Made by a program: the position numbers and the translations under genes. A DNA stretch of 46,253 bases, filler included, from Catajapyx aquilonaris (Eukaryota): the NCBI GenBank assembly GCA_000934665.2. It is 2 parts of 2 records of this genome, joined end to end, with 100 filler letters (N's around TTAATTAATTAA, not from the genome) between each part and the next. Parts side by side here need not be neighbours in the genome. Positions count along the whole stretch, not along the records: positions 1 to 23,067 come from JYFJ02005751.1; positions 23,168 to 46,253 come from KZ539410.1. One strand, written 5' to 3'. Shown piece by piece: positions 9,919 to 26,700 of the stretch; the stretch's first letter is position 1; each line of letters begins with the position of its first letter. The notes beneath the pieces are model-generated. The model saw only the letters and a program-made list of their open reading frames with translations, was not told the DNA's origin and ran no database searches.

Positions 9919-10851
9919 ATGAAATACTTTTCATATTAACTTGTTATGTAAGGTCGTCTCTGATACACTACTGGGGTAGTAATATTATTACTCCAGCGAA
10001 TCTGTGTCTCCAACAAATCTGTGTAGTGTCTGAAAAGCTCTACGAGCTTCAACTTGTAATAACATGTTTTGACACTCATGGAACATGCTGGTAACTCTCA
10101 GCTATCATCACTACACTTCTGAGCAACAGGACATTCAAAGATTAAATAAAATAAAAGATTATTTTCAAATAAATTATTAAGGGTACATGTTAGGTTCAGA
10201 GTGCAATATTTTTACTACTGAAAACATTGAAAATATTTAATGTGCTGACAACTTTTATGCAATCAATAATACGTTTTGATGGTGTCTAGAGGCGTCGCCT
10301 ACAAAATTCGGGCTCTATATGGTAGACCTTTGAGATTTTTGTTCAATGACTATAATAGTCACTAATATTACTGGCAATTAATTAATCTGAGAGGCAGGCA
10401 CGGAGTAGGGAAATGCATACACATGGATCTGTATACAAATCACATTTCGAGTGCCAGCAGCAGGGAATCTGGACTCGAGAAACTGCAGCGACCTACATTC
10501 ATTTTTCATATGGAAAACTATTTTTGCCAAGATCTTTCTACATACCTTTGATTGCAATTTTTCACTCGCAGCCTTGTACGACTTGGCATCTGCCATGTTA
10601 TGATCCACTTGAAGATGACTCATGTGATCATGAAGTTCAGACGCCACAACTTGGTATTGTTATAGCAGCAAACAAAACGGTAGTACTGAAAGTGCTGATT
10701 GTTAATCAGCTGAAATAGGAACGGTAATACCTTGCTTCACATATGAAGATTCATCCGTCCAAATAACTGCATTTAAAGACTTAGATGCCAATTTTACAAC
10801 TTTGGCTTACTGAATAATCCAATGACATTAAAAACCTATTTTTGAGGAAAT

Positions 10852-11124
10852 AATTGAAGGGGTCGGTCAAGGGGTCGGTGCAATACTGCCCTAACCCTCC
10901 CAAACCTGATTTTGAGAAAACTGCAGTTGAAAGTTTGAGAGACCATATAGTTACATCCCATATACCATGTGACTTATTTCATTTGATTTCTCAGTGACCG
11001 ATGGCAGAAACTGCACAATTTCAATGGATTTTATTAGATACATGAGTGTAGTACATGGAAGTGTGCTTAACTCAATTTGTGTCATTTGGTGGGTTAGGGC
11101 GGTATTGCACCGACCCTTTCAATT
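10852..11124. mobile_element. MITE (~270 bp)
   Basis: TIRs AAGGGGTCGGTGCAATACTGCCCTAACCC / GGGTTAGGGCGGTATTGCACCGACCCTT; the left end carries a short internal duplication. Confidence 0.8.
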
Positions 11125-13564
11125 ATGGTACTGTCAAATGTTCCATAATGACATTTATTTTTGCTCCAAAATAATATATGTAGAGGAGAATAACAGGGTT
11201 ACTTTCAGGCACTTTATTAAAAGTTAAGCTACATCTTGGAATATGATCATGCAATGCAAAAGTGATTCATTTCAGACTAAATAAAGGACTAATTGAGGTT
11301 GAAAACATTTGATGAACAGTAAGTAGTTCACCATGATTGTATCAGTCGGCTAGACTGACTAATAATTATTTTCTCTCATGCGAGCCCATCGAGTGCATAA
11401 TGAGAGTTCATATACCAGTTCCATCCAGCTTCTGTGGAAAAGATAATGAATTTTATTAACATCACTGCCCGGGTCATGTAATGGCGTTAAACACTTCTAG
11501 CAAGTGGGAGCGAGCACCATTCATTTCAGAATGGAATTTATCTACAAATTTTATTACTTGAAGTAAATGGTGTCAAAATGACAGCCAATAATGACGGATA
11601 TTAGAAATTTCACATTTTGACACGCTCTCCAGGAAGTGAAAGATGTAAATTATTTTGAAGTGCCCGAGTAAATTCAGCACGGACTCATGAATAATTTTTT
11701 TTAAAACTGAATCAGTTCATAACCAGAGGTAAATAATGACAGCACTCACCACATTCATGTACTCCTTCCTAAGTTGGTGTACAGTCACTGTGATGACTCA
11801 ACAGAAAGGAAGCTGAATTCGCGTCGACAGGACATCTCTTTTTGGCCTGGTTCTCATGTGATCGCACCTGATGTTTTGAGCAGCAGAAGAATTTCATGTT
11901 CTCATCTTGGGAATATAATGGAATAATTAGCAATCAGTGATAGCGATTGTTGTCTGCAAAAGTACTGGAAGAGTCATCAAGTCTATTATTGCTTCAGCCA
12001 AATATTATGCTAACTTGACTATGACAGCAATGACGCTCAACAATATCAACAATGAAACTCTCAGTTCAAAGAGAGTGACGTCACAAATCTTTGGGGATCT
12101 GAAATATTTGCGAAATCTAAATTTGCCAACATTCAAATGCGTGGTACCATATTCGTGAGCTCAAATAATCTTCTTATTACAGTCATATACTTATGGCCGT
12201 CACTCACCTACAATTAATGACCAAGCGAAGTCTAATAATAAAAAAAGCGTAATTTCATATAAATATTTCTCTGGGCAATTGCTGTTGCAGCTATATTGCA
12301 CTAAGCTGCTTGTTATTAGTCAGTTCCTCTTGCAGATTGCTAATATTTGGCAAATTGAATCACATAATTATTAAAGCTCTAAATTTTAAAGCAATGAATT
12401 TCTGATTGCAGAATGACTGAACTCAAAAATTGGCATCAATCTGGACTGATGGAATTCATTTTTTGCACCTTTTATTAAGGATGGGTACAGGCAGCCTAGT
12501 ATTAGTAGCTAATCTTTCAAAAACTACTATTACATTATGTGTTGTGCATGGAAAAGCACGCAAGTGCCACAAAGAAGCAATGAGCACTCTCAATGACAGT
12601 TGAAGTATTACTCTCTCATGCGACCTTTGCTCATTAGTCATTACACCTTACAGAATGATGATGCATCTGATTGGTCTCTGGACATCACCTGCCTGATTCT
12701 GCCAAACCAACAACCACTTTGGCCTCATCCAATTCAACTTCTGGAATCAAGCAATGCAAGCTGCTGTCGTCATCAGATGCCTCAAATCTTCTGTTGCCAT
12801 CTATCCGTGCAGACCAGACAATTCTGCTGAACTGATTATGTTGAAATTGTGTATTAGGCAATACCTGAGACCTTGATTGTGTCAAGTGATGATAATATTG
12901 CAGGATTTGAAGAAGTACAGTATAGTTCAAGATGTGGGCTATTAACTGCCCACAATATTTCTGACAGATGTTGATCTTGCAGAGGTTCATCTAGTTTCAT
13001 AATAATTATGTGAAGGTTCTCGGTTATTTGCAGGCATCAAACATAATTATCTTGGTGGAATTTGTAGTCTGCAAATGTCATTAAAATTTTCTAAGGCAAG
13101 ACAATTGATTGTGTTGCAATGCAACCTATAATAATTAGTATAGCTAAGGGTGGAATTTTCGTCACACTGCTAGTTACCAGTTACCAGTTACTCGTACTTC
13201 TAAATTAGCAGTACCAGTTCCAACACTGGTACTGCTAAGCAGTATTTTTCAATAGGGTCTCGTCTTACCTAATATAAACTGTTGTTATTTCCTATTTCTG
13301 ATTTCAACAACTGGTTGCTAGCCACGGCTACAATATAAGCAGTTAAGGCCGAATTTGTCAATAACTAAAACGACAAAAAAGTTTGATCACTCTGTATAAT
13401 TATAGGGGAATATATAGGGAAGTTGGTTTGTACAGCATGTTAGAGTTCACGAATCTTGACCACAACAATGCCAAAACAACAATTCTTTATTTGTGATGTA
13501 AATAACCGTACTTGTAGGTAGTTTGAACAGTCTTGAGCGGCTTTATAGGCATGATTTATTTCAC

Positions 13565-16055
<2,491 letters not shown>

Positions 16056-17099
16056 GACTAGATCGCAAGAGTTAAGATCAGACGCGCACTTTTTACTGGA
16101 ACACCAGGAGACGACTGACTATACGTAGGCGAAAGGGGTGGAAAAAATGGCGGAGAAATGCAGGTTTCCAGTTTCACAATGGAAAACACACTGTGCAGGA
16201 AAGTATTAATAGATGGAGGGGGGTGACACTTTCGTAATATCCGGTGCAGTCCTGCACTTGAGACAAAGGAATATTCGGATTGTTCATCCTAGCAGCTGGT
16301 GGTATCAACATGAATTAAAATCATAAATCACAACATGTCCAACAATTTGAACCACTTGACCCTGAATTGGTTGCATACTTACCTTCCATGAGTGTGATTG
16401 TTCTGTCCAAAAATAAACTCGCGGATTCCACTCTCTTGCACTATTGAGGACACATTCCTGGAAAACAATAGTAGAAAATAGCCCATGCTGCGGTTCGAAG
16501 ATTCCTGCGACATCTGATCATATGCACGATTGTCTCACACGTACATGATAAAATCACCATAAAAGTTAGGACTGATCAAAGTCCAGGAGTCTGCAGCCTT
16601 TAGTAATGCAGACACACAGCTTTTACAACCCTGATAATGTCCGAATAATGTGTCTAGCAAGCATCATACCTTGCGTAATGCTCCGTTTTAATACCGGCCG
16701 TATATCTTGACACTCGTCTCAAGGCTTCTATACGTAAATTGCAACTATCAGCCTCAGTACTGTATACCAAGCACATATAGAGTGCATAATTATGTGGGGT
16801 CATGCACAGTACATCTGCTTTTACTTGTGCAAGTGTGCTATCACAATGCGATACTTTGTATAATGTTAGTACACAATAGTTTCACGATTCAAGAATTGTG
16901 AGTCCCAGGTGTTGGATACCTTATACTTAAGCCAATACAGTACGGATATCAGGTGTTGAATGAAATGGCTATTCTTCAGTGAATGAAAGTTTTTGAAATA
17001 TCTTCTAGAAAATAAAAAGTCGCCATTAATAGCCACCATTCTGAGGTTGGGTTCATTTTCAACTTGACTATTACAGCTTCTAATGTCAGCGGAAATGTA

Positions 17100-17249
17100 C
17101 TATCGGGCGCGGGTTCAAATACTTTTGGCAACTTTATCCTGGTCATGAAGCAACCCTTCACACACACACACGTCTCCTTAATGTGGGGTCTGTGCGAAGG
17201 GTTGCTTCAAGACCAGGATAAAGTGGACAAACGTATTTGAACCCGATAG
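17100..17249. mobile_element. Tc1/mariner-like MITE (~150 bp); second copy at 32996-33139
   Basis: Long TIRs CTATCGGG..TTCAAATACTTTTGG..ACTTTATCCTGG..GAAGCAACCCTTC; TA flanks. Confidence 0.85.
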
Positions 17250-17707
17250 TACCTGTTTCTAAGTAATTACCTTGTCATATGCTTGCATTTTTTTGAATTA
17301 GTAGTACTGTACGTATGTGGGTAAGCACAGTCATGATTAATTTTAACCAGGCGATTTTTAAATACCGAGGCTAGGTACATAACAACATAAGTACAGTTTC
17401 CTCAAAAATTGCCACCAGTCATCGTCGAATTTCTTCGAGCTTTGCGCCAGTCTCAAAATATGTGCACCTAGAGTTTTCAGTACACTGCATATATGACAAA
17501 AATTGAGGGCGTGCAAAAATTGACAATGAAAATAATTGAATCGCAAATTTGAAAAGGGGGATAAGTCACAAGAACCAAACTTTTCAGGAAGCACTTAAAA
17601 AAACCCAGAACCCTATGTGTTAGAGAGGTGAATATTTACTGAGAAGACAACATCATAACCATCTCAAAGAGATCCGTGGGATTTTTATTTAGGTAACTAC
17701 TCAATTA

Positions 17708-18198
17708 CAGTTGAAGAACGGAAATGCAAAAGGGCCCAGTTGCAAGGTGACACATTTTTCAGGAGAGCATTTTTTCCGTATCGCGGCCAACATAATGTCC
17801 GGAGCTCATTGACCACTACAGAGGAAAGTTGGCGTGCATGAAGGGGAATAGCTGCGTACAGTGTATATGTTTATGAAATATCACACGTGCGCGAAGTAGG
17901 CTACTGGCCACTCAATGTTGTCATATTAGGACCCTTTTGCATTTCCTTGACCTTTTCGATCCACATGAGCATTGTATCAATCTATTTTTTTATGAATATA
18001 CTATTTTAATGTACATTATCAGGACACCATACCATGAGGAAATAGTAAACAATGGCATAAAAAATATTGCATGTTATGTTCGCATGTGAATGAACATCAA
18101 CACAGTCATCATTGTTTAGAGCAGCGCTTTATTAATTTCCTCTGAATAACACATCAGTCACGGCAGCAATCTAAATAACATCTTCAGCATCCTCACAT

Positions 18199-18245
<47 letters not shown>

Positions 18246-18664
18246 TACCCCATTGGGAGAATCGGCGCTCCATTTGGGGGGTGGAGTACCACCATTGAAT
18301 GGGGCCAAGGATAGGGAAGGAAGGAGGCGGCTGTGGCCTATTATACGGACCCCAGTATCAGTCAGGGTTGCCGGCCCCAGGATTCGAACCCAGGACCTCC
18401 CGATTAGCAGGCGGCTTCCTTAACCACCACACCAACTTCAGCATCCTCACATGCTGTGTCAAGGGTCTTCAGAGATGGCCCAATTCCTGCAAGTGGGCCT
18501 TTATGCATTTCCCTCGATATTTCTACTTCCATTTCTTACATGATACTGCATCGGCATCCTCCACACCATGTGATGCACGTATGGCTTACCTACAATTTGT
18601 ATATCTCAACTGGTTTTCTCATAAATCGGCACTTGGGCCCTTTTGCATATCCGTGCTTCAGTTG
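17708..18664. mobile_element. Non-autonomous TIR DNA transposon carrying a nested SINE
   Basis: TIRs CAGTTGAAGAACGGAAATGCAAAAGGGCCCA / TGGGCCCTTTTGCATATCCGTGCTTCAGTTG. Confidence 0.7.
18199..18435 (-). mobile_element. tRNA-derived SINE (family A-related head, different tail)
   Basis: TGGTGTGGTGG and GGTTCGAATCC boxes; (TAAA)n tail; 17-bp TSD CTTCAGCATCCTCACAT at 18182-18198 and 18436-18452. Confidence 0.92.
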
Positions 18665-18933
18665 CAAAAGGGGGGGCGGGGGAAAGAAAATATGACTTAA
18701 CCCTCTTTTTACCATTTTTCTGAATTACCAAGTACACCCGAAAATAATGAAAACAATTTTTTGCAGCATAGTTATGTGCTTCACTAACCTGCATTACTTC
18801 GCATTATTAATATTATCCTCTTATTCATCTACATGCGAGAATGTTGGTGTGGTGTAGAACGATGTGGTTTTCAGGGTCGTACTGGAGTAGATGCTCTGTA
18901 ATTTGCATCACACAACTCCATATACTGCATATA

Positions 18934-19372
18934 CAGGGTGCGGAAATTTAATCTATACCTTCGCTTTGGGGATGTCAGAGGGCTTCCAGACGATCATTTT
19001 AAATATAGGAATCGAGGGTCTCCGAATCATAGTTACCGAGATAATTAGCATTAAATAAAAAGTGCATTATCTCAGCTTATAGATTTCGGATACTGCTTAC
19101 GACACTTCCAGCGCCTAGGACATTCTCTGCTACACCCAATAGGATCGTAAATTAAAATTAAATAACATGGTAACACCTTAAATTTAAATGAAAAAGGTGA
19201 GGTCGCGTGGAGTGACGCATATGTGCCAGAATATTTTCTACCTTGTGCTTTAAGCATGTTATCTCGGTAACTATGCGTCGGAGACCCACGTTGCATAAAT
19301 ACTCAAAGTGATCGCCTAGAACCATCCGATCATTTCCCAAAGCGACGCGATTGTAGATTTTTCCGCACCCTG
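18934..19372. mobile_element. Tc1/mariner-like MITE (~440 bp); inverted second copy at 26513-26946
   Basis: TA|CAGGGTGCGGAAA...TTTCCGCACCCTG termini; the internal sequence matches 26513-26946 in reverse. Confidence 0.85.
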
Positions 19373-20702
19373 GGCACGTATACAGGCACATTTCTTGTAC
19401 GTTTTCATGTATCTTGTGGTGCGAATAACTCAAAATCGGTAAAACCGTGACTATAGTTATGCACTTTTTCTTTTCGATTCAATTATGTCGCAATATTATT
19501 CTTTCTTATGCAAGTTTTAATAGCCTCTCAATCTCAGTTCTCACAGATCTGTCTGTGTCATGCAAACGCTTGCATAACTGATATTATATACTAGTAATAT
19601 GAGCAGGGTTGTGCTGCAAGGTAACCTGTGTTGTTATGTAAGACACTCCTGTTGTTGTGGCATTTCAACCGCGTTATAAGAAAAAGCCGGTCCGATCTGC
19701 TAAAAGCATCCCCAACAAAAGTGTAATTTGCAAATTATTTTGCAAATGATTTTACAAACTCTTTGGATGCAATGTTGTTATAAAAATTCTCTAATAAGTT
19801 AAGTAATCTCCCTTTGACAGCCCTTTGATTATGGTTTTTTCCTCCTAAACGTGTGCTTTTTCCAACACTCCACCTTCAGGCAAAACACGAATTTCTACTA
19901 TAAAATGGCAGGTACAGGAAGTCAAATTGCACTTTAATTACGGCACATCTAATTGGATGTACGTGATTTAGTAAAAACAAGAATCTGGGTAAATTTTCGG
20001 GAAAATCCCCCCATTCCCATAGCTCAAGGACATATTCGTGATGACAGATTTATCATAGTTCTCACTGGTACTAGCTGCCACTGTTTTTGTCATCCGCTAA
20101 ATTAGTTTTAAAGAAACTCGAAAAGACATAGATTACATGTGCAGACCACTTTATTCCTCAGCTGACATCATGAACCTAGTAATGAATCAGTTTTGTCTGT
20201 GAAGGTCATGACCGAATCAGATAGGATCAAATCCCGTGTTTGAGCGGGGGAAATTTTCAAGAAGGTGCCTGACATCCTCGCAAGATATCCTTTTGATGTA
20301 AATCCTTGACAGGATTCTCAAAGGATGCCGTGCTCTCTGTTTGAATGGACAATAGCTGTTATTATGCCGCGTACAACATTCGTATGCCACTCTACCGACC
20401 AGTAAAAATCTGCAAAATTTATAGGTCGTACTATATACAAATAAGTGAGTTTAGACTCTATCAGGCCACATTTCGTCAGTAGTGTTCCACACTGTACAGA
20501 AGACTATCAATTTAAGGTAAAAGTGTTTATTTGCGATGTGGTACGTGCCTGCCATTAAAAGGATGCATGAGGGCGAGACTTAATCGCAGGATATATTCAA
20601 TGTGATTTTTAGTCGGCTCTTTATTATCTATTTAGCAGTGTGTATTATTAAGACGGACCCAAATTCACAACGAGAATGTGACGAAGTGATTCTGCATTCA
20701 CC

Positions 20703-22648
20703 ATGCTGGTAAGAGTACATTTGGTGATAAATTTGGAAGAAATATAATTTCACGTGGTTGGAATATACTGTTTCACCTCGTGTTTCATCGCGTGGTAGAT
20801 TAAAATTGCATGTCACTTATTGTAAACAGGATGAAGTTCAGCCTCATGTCGATGATGGAACCATACCAGCGCATTATGCAGAAAAATATAGAATTTCACG
20901 TCTGCAAGATTTTGTTGTTGAGATTATAAAGCAAGGAAGTGTCCCTCGACATGTTGGATTCATCATGGACGGAAACAGAAGATACGCCAGGTCCAAAGGG
21001 ATTCCGATCATGAGAGGTCATGAAGAAGGGTGAGTTTCCTAGCACACATTTTTCCAATGGCATATCTTAATTAATGTAAATTATTTATTGCACATGTAGT
21101 GGTGAAAAGATGATAAACGTATTAGGATGGTGTGGATTGGTCGGAGTCTACGCGGTGACCACATTTGCGTTCAGCTTGGACAATTTTGGTCGACCCCAAG
21201 AAGAAATAGATGGGCTGCTCCAGGTGTTTGAAGATGCCATGACTAGATATTTGGATGAGGTGTAAGTATAGTATATTCTATATATGACTACTTCTTTTCC
21301 CCCACATTTACAATTAAGATCCCTTTTAATGTGTTATGTTCTCAATATTCTAGTGACTTGATGATAAAAGGTGGGATCCAGTTTCGAGTCATTGGTCGAA
21401 TGGAGTTATTTCCCGAAAGACTTCGAGTTCTGGCCGGAGAGCTAATGGAAAGGACACGGCATTGCAAAGATCGTGTTTACAGTGTGGCCATGCCATATGC
21501 TGGTAAGTTGGCTTCATGTTGCACAGTACATACCTTCGAAGTGAAAATGTCTCTATGACGACTGCCTGACAGACAAAACACATGTGGTATTGTTGAATGG
21601 AATCAGGTGTTCACCGTCTCATGGCATGTGGAAAAATAGCTGCAAACGACGGGCAAATTTGTTTAATCCGTTTCTTGCTTAGGTCGAGACGACATGACGT
21701 GCGCCATAAACCAGCTGAAGGAAGGAGTGAGGAACGGCCTGATTCAACCGGACGACGTGTCCGAAGCATTGTTGGAGCAGTGCCTTCAGACGGGGGACCT
21801 GCCTCCTCTGGACATGATCGTCAGAACATCCGGGGAAATGAGGTTCTCCAGCTTCATGATGTGGCAGGTAATTTAGATTAACATTAACAGAGCACTGGCC
21901 ATGTAGGACAGGGCGTCAAAAGATACCAACACCACTGTACTGTAATATTATCCTGTGCTTCATTTCTGATTGCAGAGTGCGTACAGCTTCATCGCGTTTG
22001 ACAAGGTTTTGTGGCCTAATTACGGATTTTGGAACGTAATGGGCGCTATGTTGAAGTATCAGCTTCACGCCGATTATTTGAAGGCATGTATAATCCCTTC
22101 TTACTACTATTGTATAATCCATGTAAGATCGTAAAAAAAGTTGCGTGTTTGTCAAGGTTTATTCAGCTGGTTTCAAAATCATGCAGTGAGGTACGTACTG
22201 TACTACAGTACATCACTTAAGTATACAGACTGGGACTGTTCTCCCTGAATTATAAACAATTACTTCCCTTGGATTAATTATAAACAGGAAGTAGTCCTGG
22301 AAGATGAACAATGCACTAATGAGTATGTGACATTTTAATGCTTTGGAATAACACTACTGGCATAACTTCCTATGGCTTTAAGTCTTTGAGCTCTTATTCC
22401 CTCTTGCAGCATGAAAAAGTCAGCATAATCATGATGTGAAATTCACCCTTCTTCGTATAGTGATCAGAACAATCGAATTTTTTCAGCCTTATCGGAGGAA
22501 ATCGGAAAGGAAGAGTGTACTGGAAATATTCGACTCCGATAAGAGAACTCGCATTGCCAACTTCTTGAAGTATTTGGACCACAAACACACCGAGCACATC
22601 AGTTCTTTACAGCAACAGCGAGAGTGCTGCGTGTTGCCTCTCTGCTGA
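20703..22648 (+). CDS. DHDDS: Dehydrodolichyl diphosphate synthase-like cis-prenyltransferase, 7 exons, ~323-336 aa
   Basis: Exons 20703-20708 (ATGCTG|gtaag), 20830-21029, 21100-21261, 21354-21502, 21683-21867, 21976-22083 (GC donor; alternative GT donor at 22122), 22487-22648. Motifs [62 protein letters not shown]. Confidence 0.9.
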
Positions 22649-23067
22649 TGGGGGAAAATAACAGGCATATACCATAGTGGCACATGCAGGTGGTGAATTA
22701 CCCGAGTGGATCTTTCCAACTATGATTATTGGAGAGGGATAAAACGTGAGTGATGACTCACAACAATCACCCATTCCACATCCACAGGATTGTAAGTTTA
22801 CGTAAACCAGAATAATACTATAAAATAATAATCTAAATCTTGGTAAGGCAGCAATGTTATTGACATATTTTCACTTTTTTTGCGCAATAAATTATTTTCA
22901 TCGTTTCTGATGGCCCATTATGACAATTAATACAGTATGTCTCCTTCCTTTCCCCTATGAAATTTACCAGGAAGTGTAGCAACAATAAAGTTTCCGAACG
23001 GCAGGATTATATTTTGTTACCCAAACAGATGGATAACAATGGTCACATGTTAGGGCCATTTAATCGT

Positions 23068-23167
23068 NNNNNNNNNNNNNNNNNNNNNNNNNNNNNNNNN
23101 NNNNNNNNNNNTTAATTAATTAANNNNNNNNNNNNNNNNNNNNNNNNNNNNNNNNNNNNNNNNNNNN
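23068..23167. other. Assembly gap with artificial six-frame-stop spacer
   Basis: 44 N + TTAATTAATTAA + 44 N, exactly 100 bp. Confidence 0.9.
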
Positions 23168-23787
23168 ATCCCACAGATTCACCCGAGATTCCACAGATTC
23201 ACCCGGGATTCCCCGGGATTCATCCTGGAAACGTACGAGATTCACCCGATTGTCCGACCCCTTGCAGTGCGTCACGCTGTCCATTCGTACTGTAAGTTTA
23301 AATTGTTAATAAAACCCTCTGGTCCTAAACTTTCGGGAAGGATTGTAGTACAGCGGAAGCGAGTGCCCCGACGGAGATAAGGTTGCATAAGTCGTGAGAT
23401 AGCAGGTCATAGCAGGTAATATTGTTTCTGCCACGTCTTCAGGAGATTCTCATGTGCCATTCTTGTGTCACAAGGACGCGGTTAAATACGGTTAAATTTT
23501 GCTAGCTCAGTTTTCATGTCAAAGTCTCTGCCTTGTGATACGTCTATGCATGATAGGGTGAAACTGGTCCTCGAAAGTGTCTGTTGGGAGGATTCTGGGT
23601 AATATAATTATGAAGGAGTAGGTAAAGATAATTATGTAGAGCCTACTCTCAGAATTTCTGTATCCAGTTTACGCATTTTCATTAAATGATTATGCAAAAA
23701 AACTTCCCTATCCTTATTGATTCTCCCGTGATCATTAGTTTATTTTAATATTTCTATTCCAGGGTGTGTGGACTACATTTAAATTGG

Positions 23788-26700
23788 TCAAGGTAAATAA
23801 CCGATTTTAACAGGATGTATGTGCAAATCATTTTCTCTGAATGAGTGTGCTGCCTTTGACATGGGAACTACAACAAGATGGTAAAATATTTCAACAAGGC
23901 AAATAGTACTGAAGCCTATGAACAGACTGGCTATTCCTCCAAAGTCAGCTGAAAAATAGAGACATTATATAAGGGTTAAATGGGATATATCAATATGGTA
24001 CATTAAATTGTTAGCTCACCTATAACATTATTCCAGGTGTACCGCAAATCGCGCTTGTAACTAATATATGAAAAATCTTTGAAGAAGATGCGAAGTCTAA
24101 CATAATCTAATCTGTGAAAGATAGTAATAAGGAGTATTATACAGTATACACTGTATGAATTAGTACTGCCATCAAGAATGAACAACAGACATCATACTTA
24201 TTAGTTTTGGAAGTATGGGTTCATTCTTTGCTAGCATTAAACAAACTTCATTGATTGCCTCCCACAGATAGTCTGGATTATAGCATACAGTATTACGCAA
24301 ATTCATGAATACCTGTTTGTGTCATCAGAGACGTTTCCATTCCTGTAATCATAGTGCTTGCCTTCTAATTGACCGACGAAGTCTGCGGATGACACTTCAT
24401 GGGCATATTTTGTAGTTTTGCAATAGACAGGGCATTCGCATTTCATTCCACTTGCAGATATGTTGTAGTCATCAAGATTGTCCGTCGGGGTCAAAGTTGT
24501 GAAGTTAGCTGCAGGAGATAGGATTATAATATTGTGATGCCTTTTAATTTCACAGACAAATGAGTCATTTAAAAATGGTTTTACATACACTCATGAGCCG
24601 TGATGCACAGGATCTGCTGGAAGGTACACATGCCATAAGTGTTTCCTGCGGGAAATGGCAATATCTTAGGTTAGTATAGCCCTGGTGGCACACATCATTG
24701 ATTCAGGAGACCTTTTCTTATACTGTACCGGTACTTATTAATAATGACAAATTATAATTAAATGGAATTGCCATCAATTTTTAGTGTTATTTTTATAGCA
24801 TTGATATAATTATGCAGTCCACATTTTAGAGGTTCATTTTGTTCTCTAAAATGGTACCGTATTTAATGAAATCAACGATTGCACAGTACTTTCTGAGTGG
24901 AATAGGGGCATTAAAATAGGCCATCCTGGTCAATTTCAATAAATAATGTGAAATTTTGTGAACAAAGTGCACCTCAGTAAATCGGATCTCATTAACCATC
25001 GATATAAAAATGAAAAATTCCGCAATTTCCAATCTCTTCCCGCCGTCATTTGTAGTCAAATAAGCAACACTTTGACTCGTCACGTATCACTGTTGATTGT
25101 CACTTTTTATTCACGCTGTTTTGCGTGTTTTTCACCAAAATCTCCATCCCTGAAGCAAAATAGGCGTCCTACATATTCCCTCTCTTATTTTGTTATAGCA
25201 TTATTTTCGCCAATATGGATGCCAGCTAAATTCTGAAACACGTTGGCATACAAGTGAAACCCACTAACTTGTAAGACCTACTATTTTGGCAGCTGTGGGT
25301 TATTTACACCACTACGTAGCACATCATTCTGCTCTATCCAGCCTATCGCCTGATAAAGTATATTTAGTCCTCAATGTTCAGTGAGTCAGGAAGCCCGGGA
25401 TTTCTGGCTTCCCTAGCATATAAACAAGTGCAAGGTCAAATCTTTGAGCTGGATTATACTGTATTTCAAAAGTTTTTTAAAAAATCATTTCGTGGATTTT
25501 ACCTGTATGACGACGATTGGCTAAATGGTAAGTAAATCCAATCAGACTACAGCATCGTTTTGTTGCCTCACTTCCTATTGTTTATGTAGGTCCTACTCAT
25601 TATCAAATCTACTCCCTTACCATTTACTTAGAGGTCCAAGAAATACTCACTCGCGAAGTTCAACTGGTAAGGCACGCATCCGCAAATTCGGTTCATTTCC
25701 CGAATGCGACATTCGAAAATGCAGTTGTCGAATGTGTATTTCTTGTGAAAAGTCAATTTTACATCATCCTCCAAAGCGCATTGACGTTGGGGGTACGGCA
25801 TTCGTTCTATGTCTTCCACCGGAAACGTTTGTAGCGCTGACATACTGCATAGTACATATTTTCCTGCAGGTACCGGAATTCCACGCTCTAACACCAAAGG
25901 GAATGTGTAAGGGTTGTGAATGAGGACCTGAAATAGAACGAACCATGCAAATTGAACGGAATGGGCTATGTTGGAACCAGAATTATACCTTGAACCCGTG
26001 AAAGTTTTCGCTGTTGAAGGCTCCACTATCACCGGAAGGCACTCGTAGTACAGTGGTGACCCCGAAAGCAGACCCAGCAGATCCTACATGCCACAGTTTT
26101 TTTCCGGATTGATTTAAGAAATTCCGGAGAACAGATACGTTTCGTTTGGGTTCAGGTCTGAAAAGGAACCGTCTCTCTGAGGAGGTCGAAGAGTGCAAGT
26201 GCAATGTCTTGAACTGCAATTTTGTGCGTTTCCCTGGGTTGTGTTTTAAACATAAATACCGCTCGAGATGAAGCTGGACACAACTCAACTCTGCACAACG
26301 GGAAGAAAGCTCGGGCTTGGGATCGAACCCGGGACCACATCAATCAACTTGTCCCTGTTTCCGTTATTTGTTAGCAGTAATGTCCGGCAAGGAATGTGAT
26401 CGGCCATTGTACGTATCATACGGCTTCAACATAATTTTAATAGTTGGTCAAATTATTATCAGGTAAATGTGCAGATAACTTGCAAGTATTTTTAAAAACC
26501 CAACATAATATACAGGGTTAGGATTTAACCTACCGTCGCTTTGGGAAATGATAGATGGGTTCTAAGCGATCACTTTGAGTATATGCAACATAGGTCTCCG
26601 ACGCATAGTTACCGAGATAATGTGCTTCACACAGAAGGTATAAAATATCCTGGCACGTATGCGTCCCTCCACGCGACCTTACCTTTTTCATTTAAATTTA

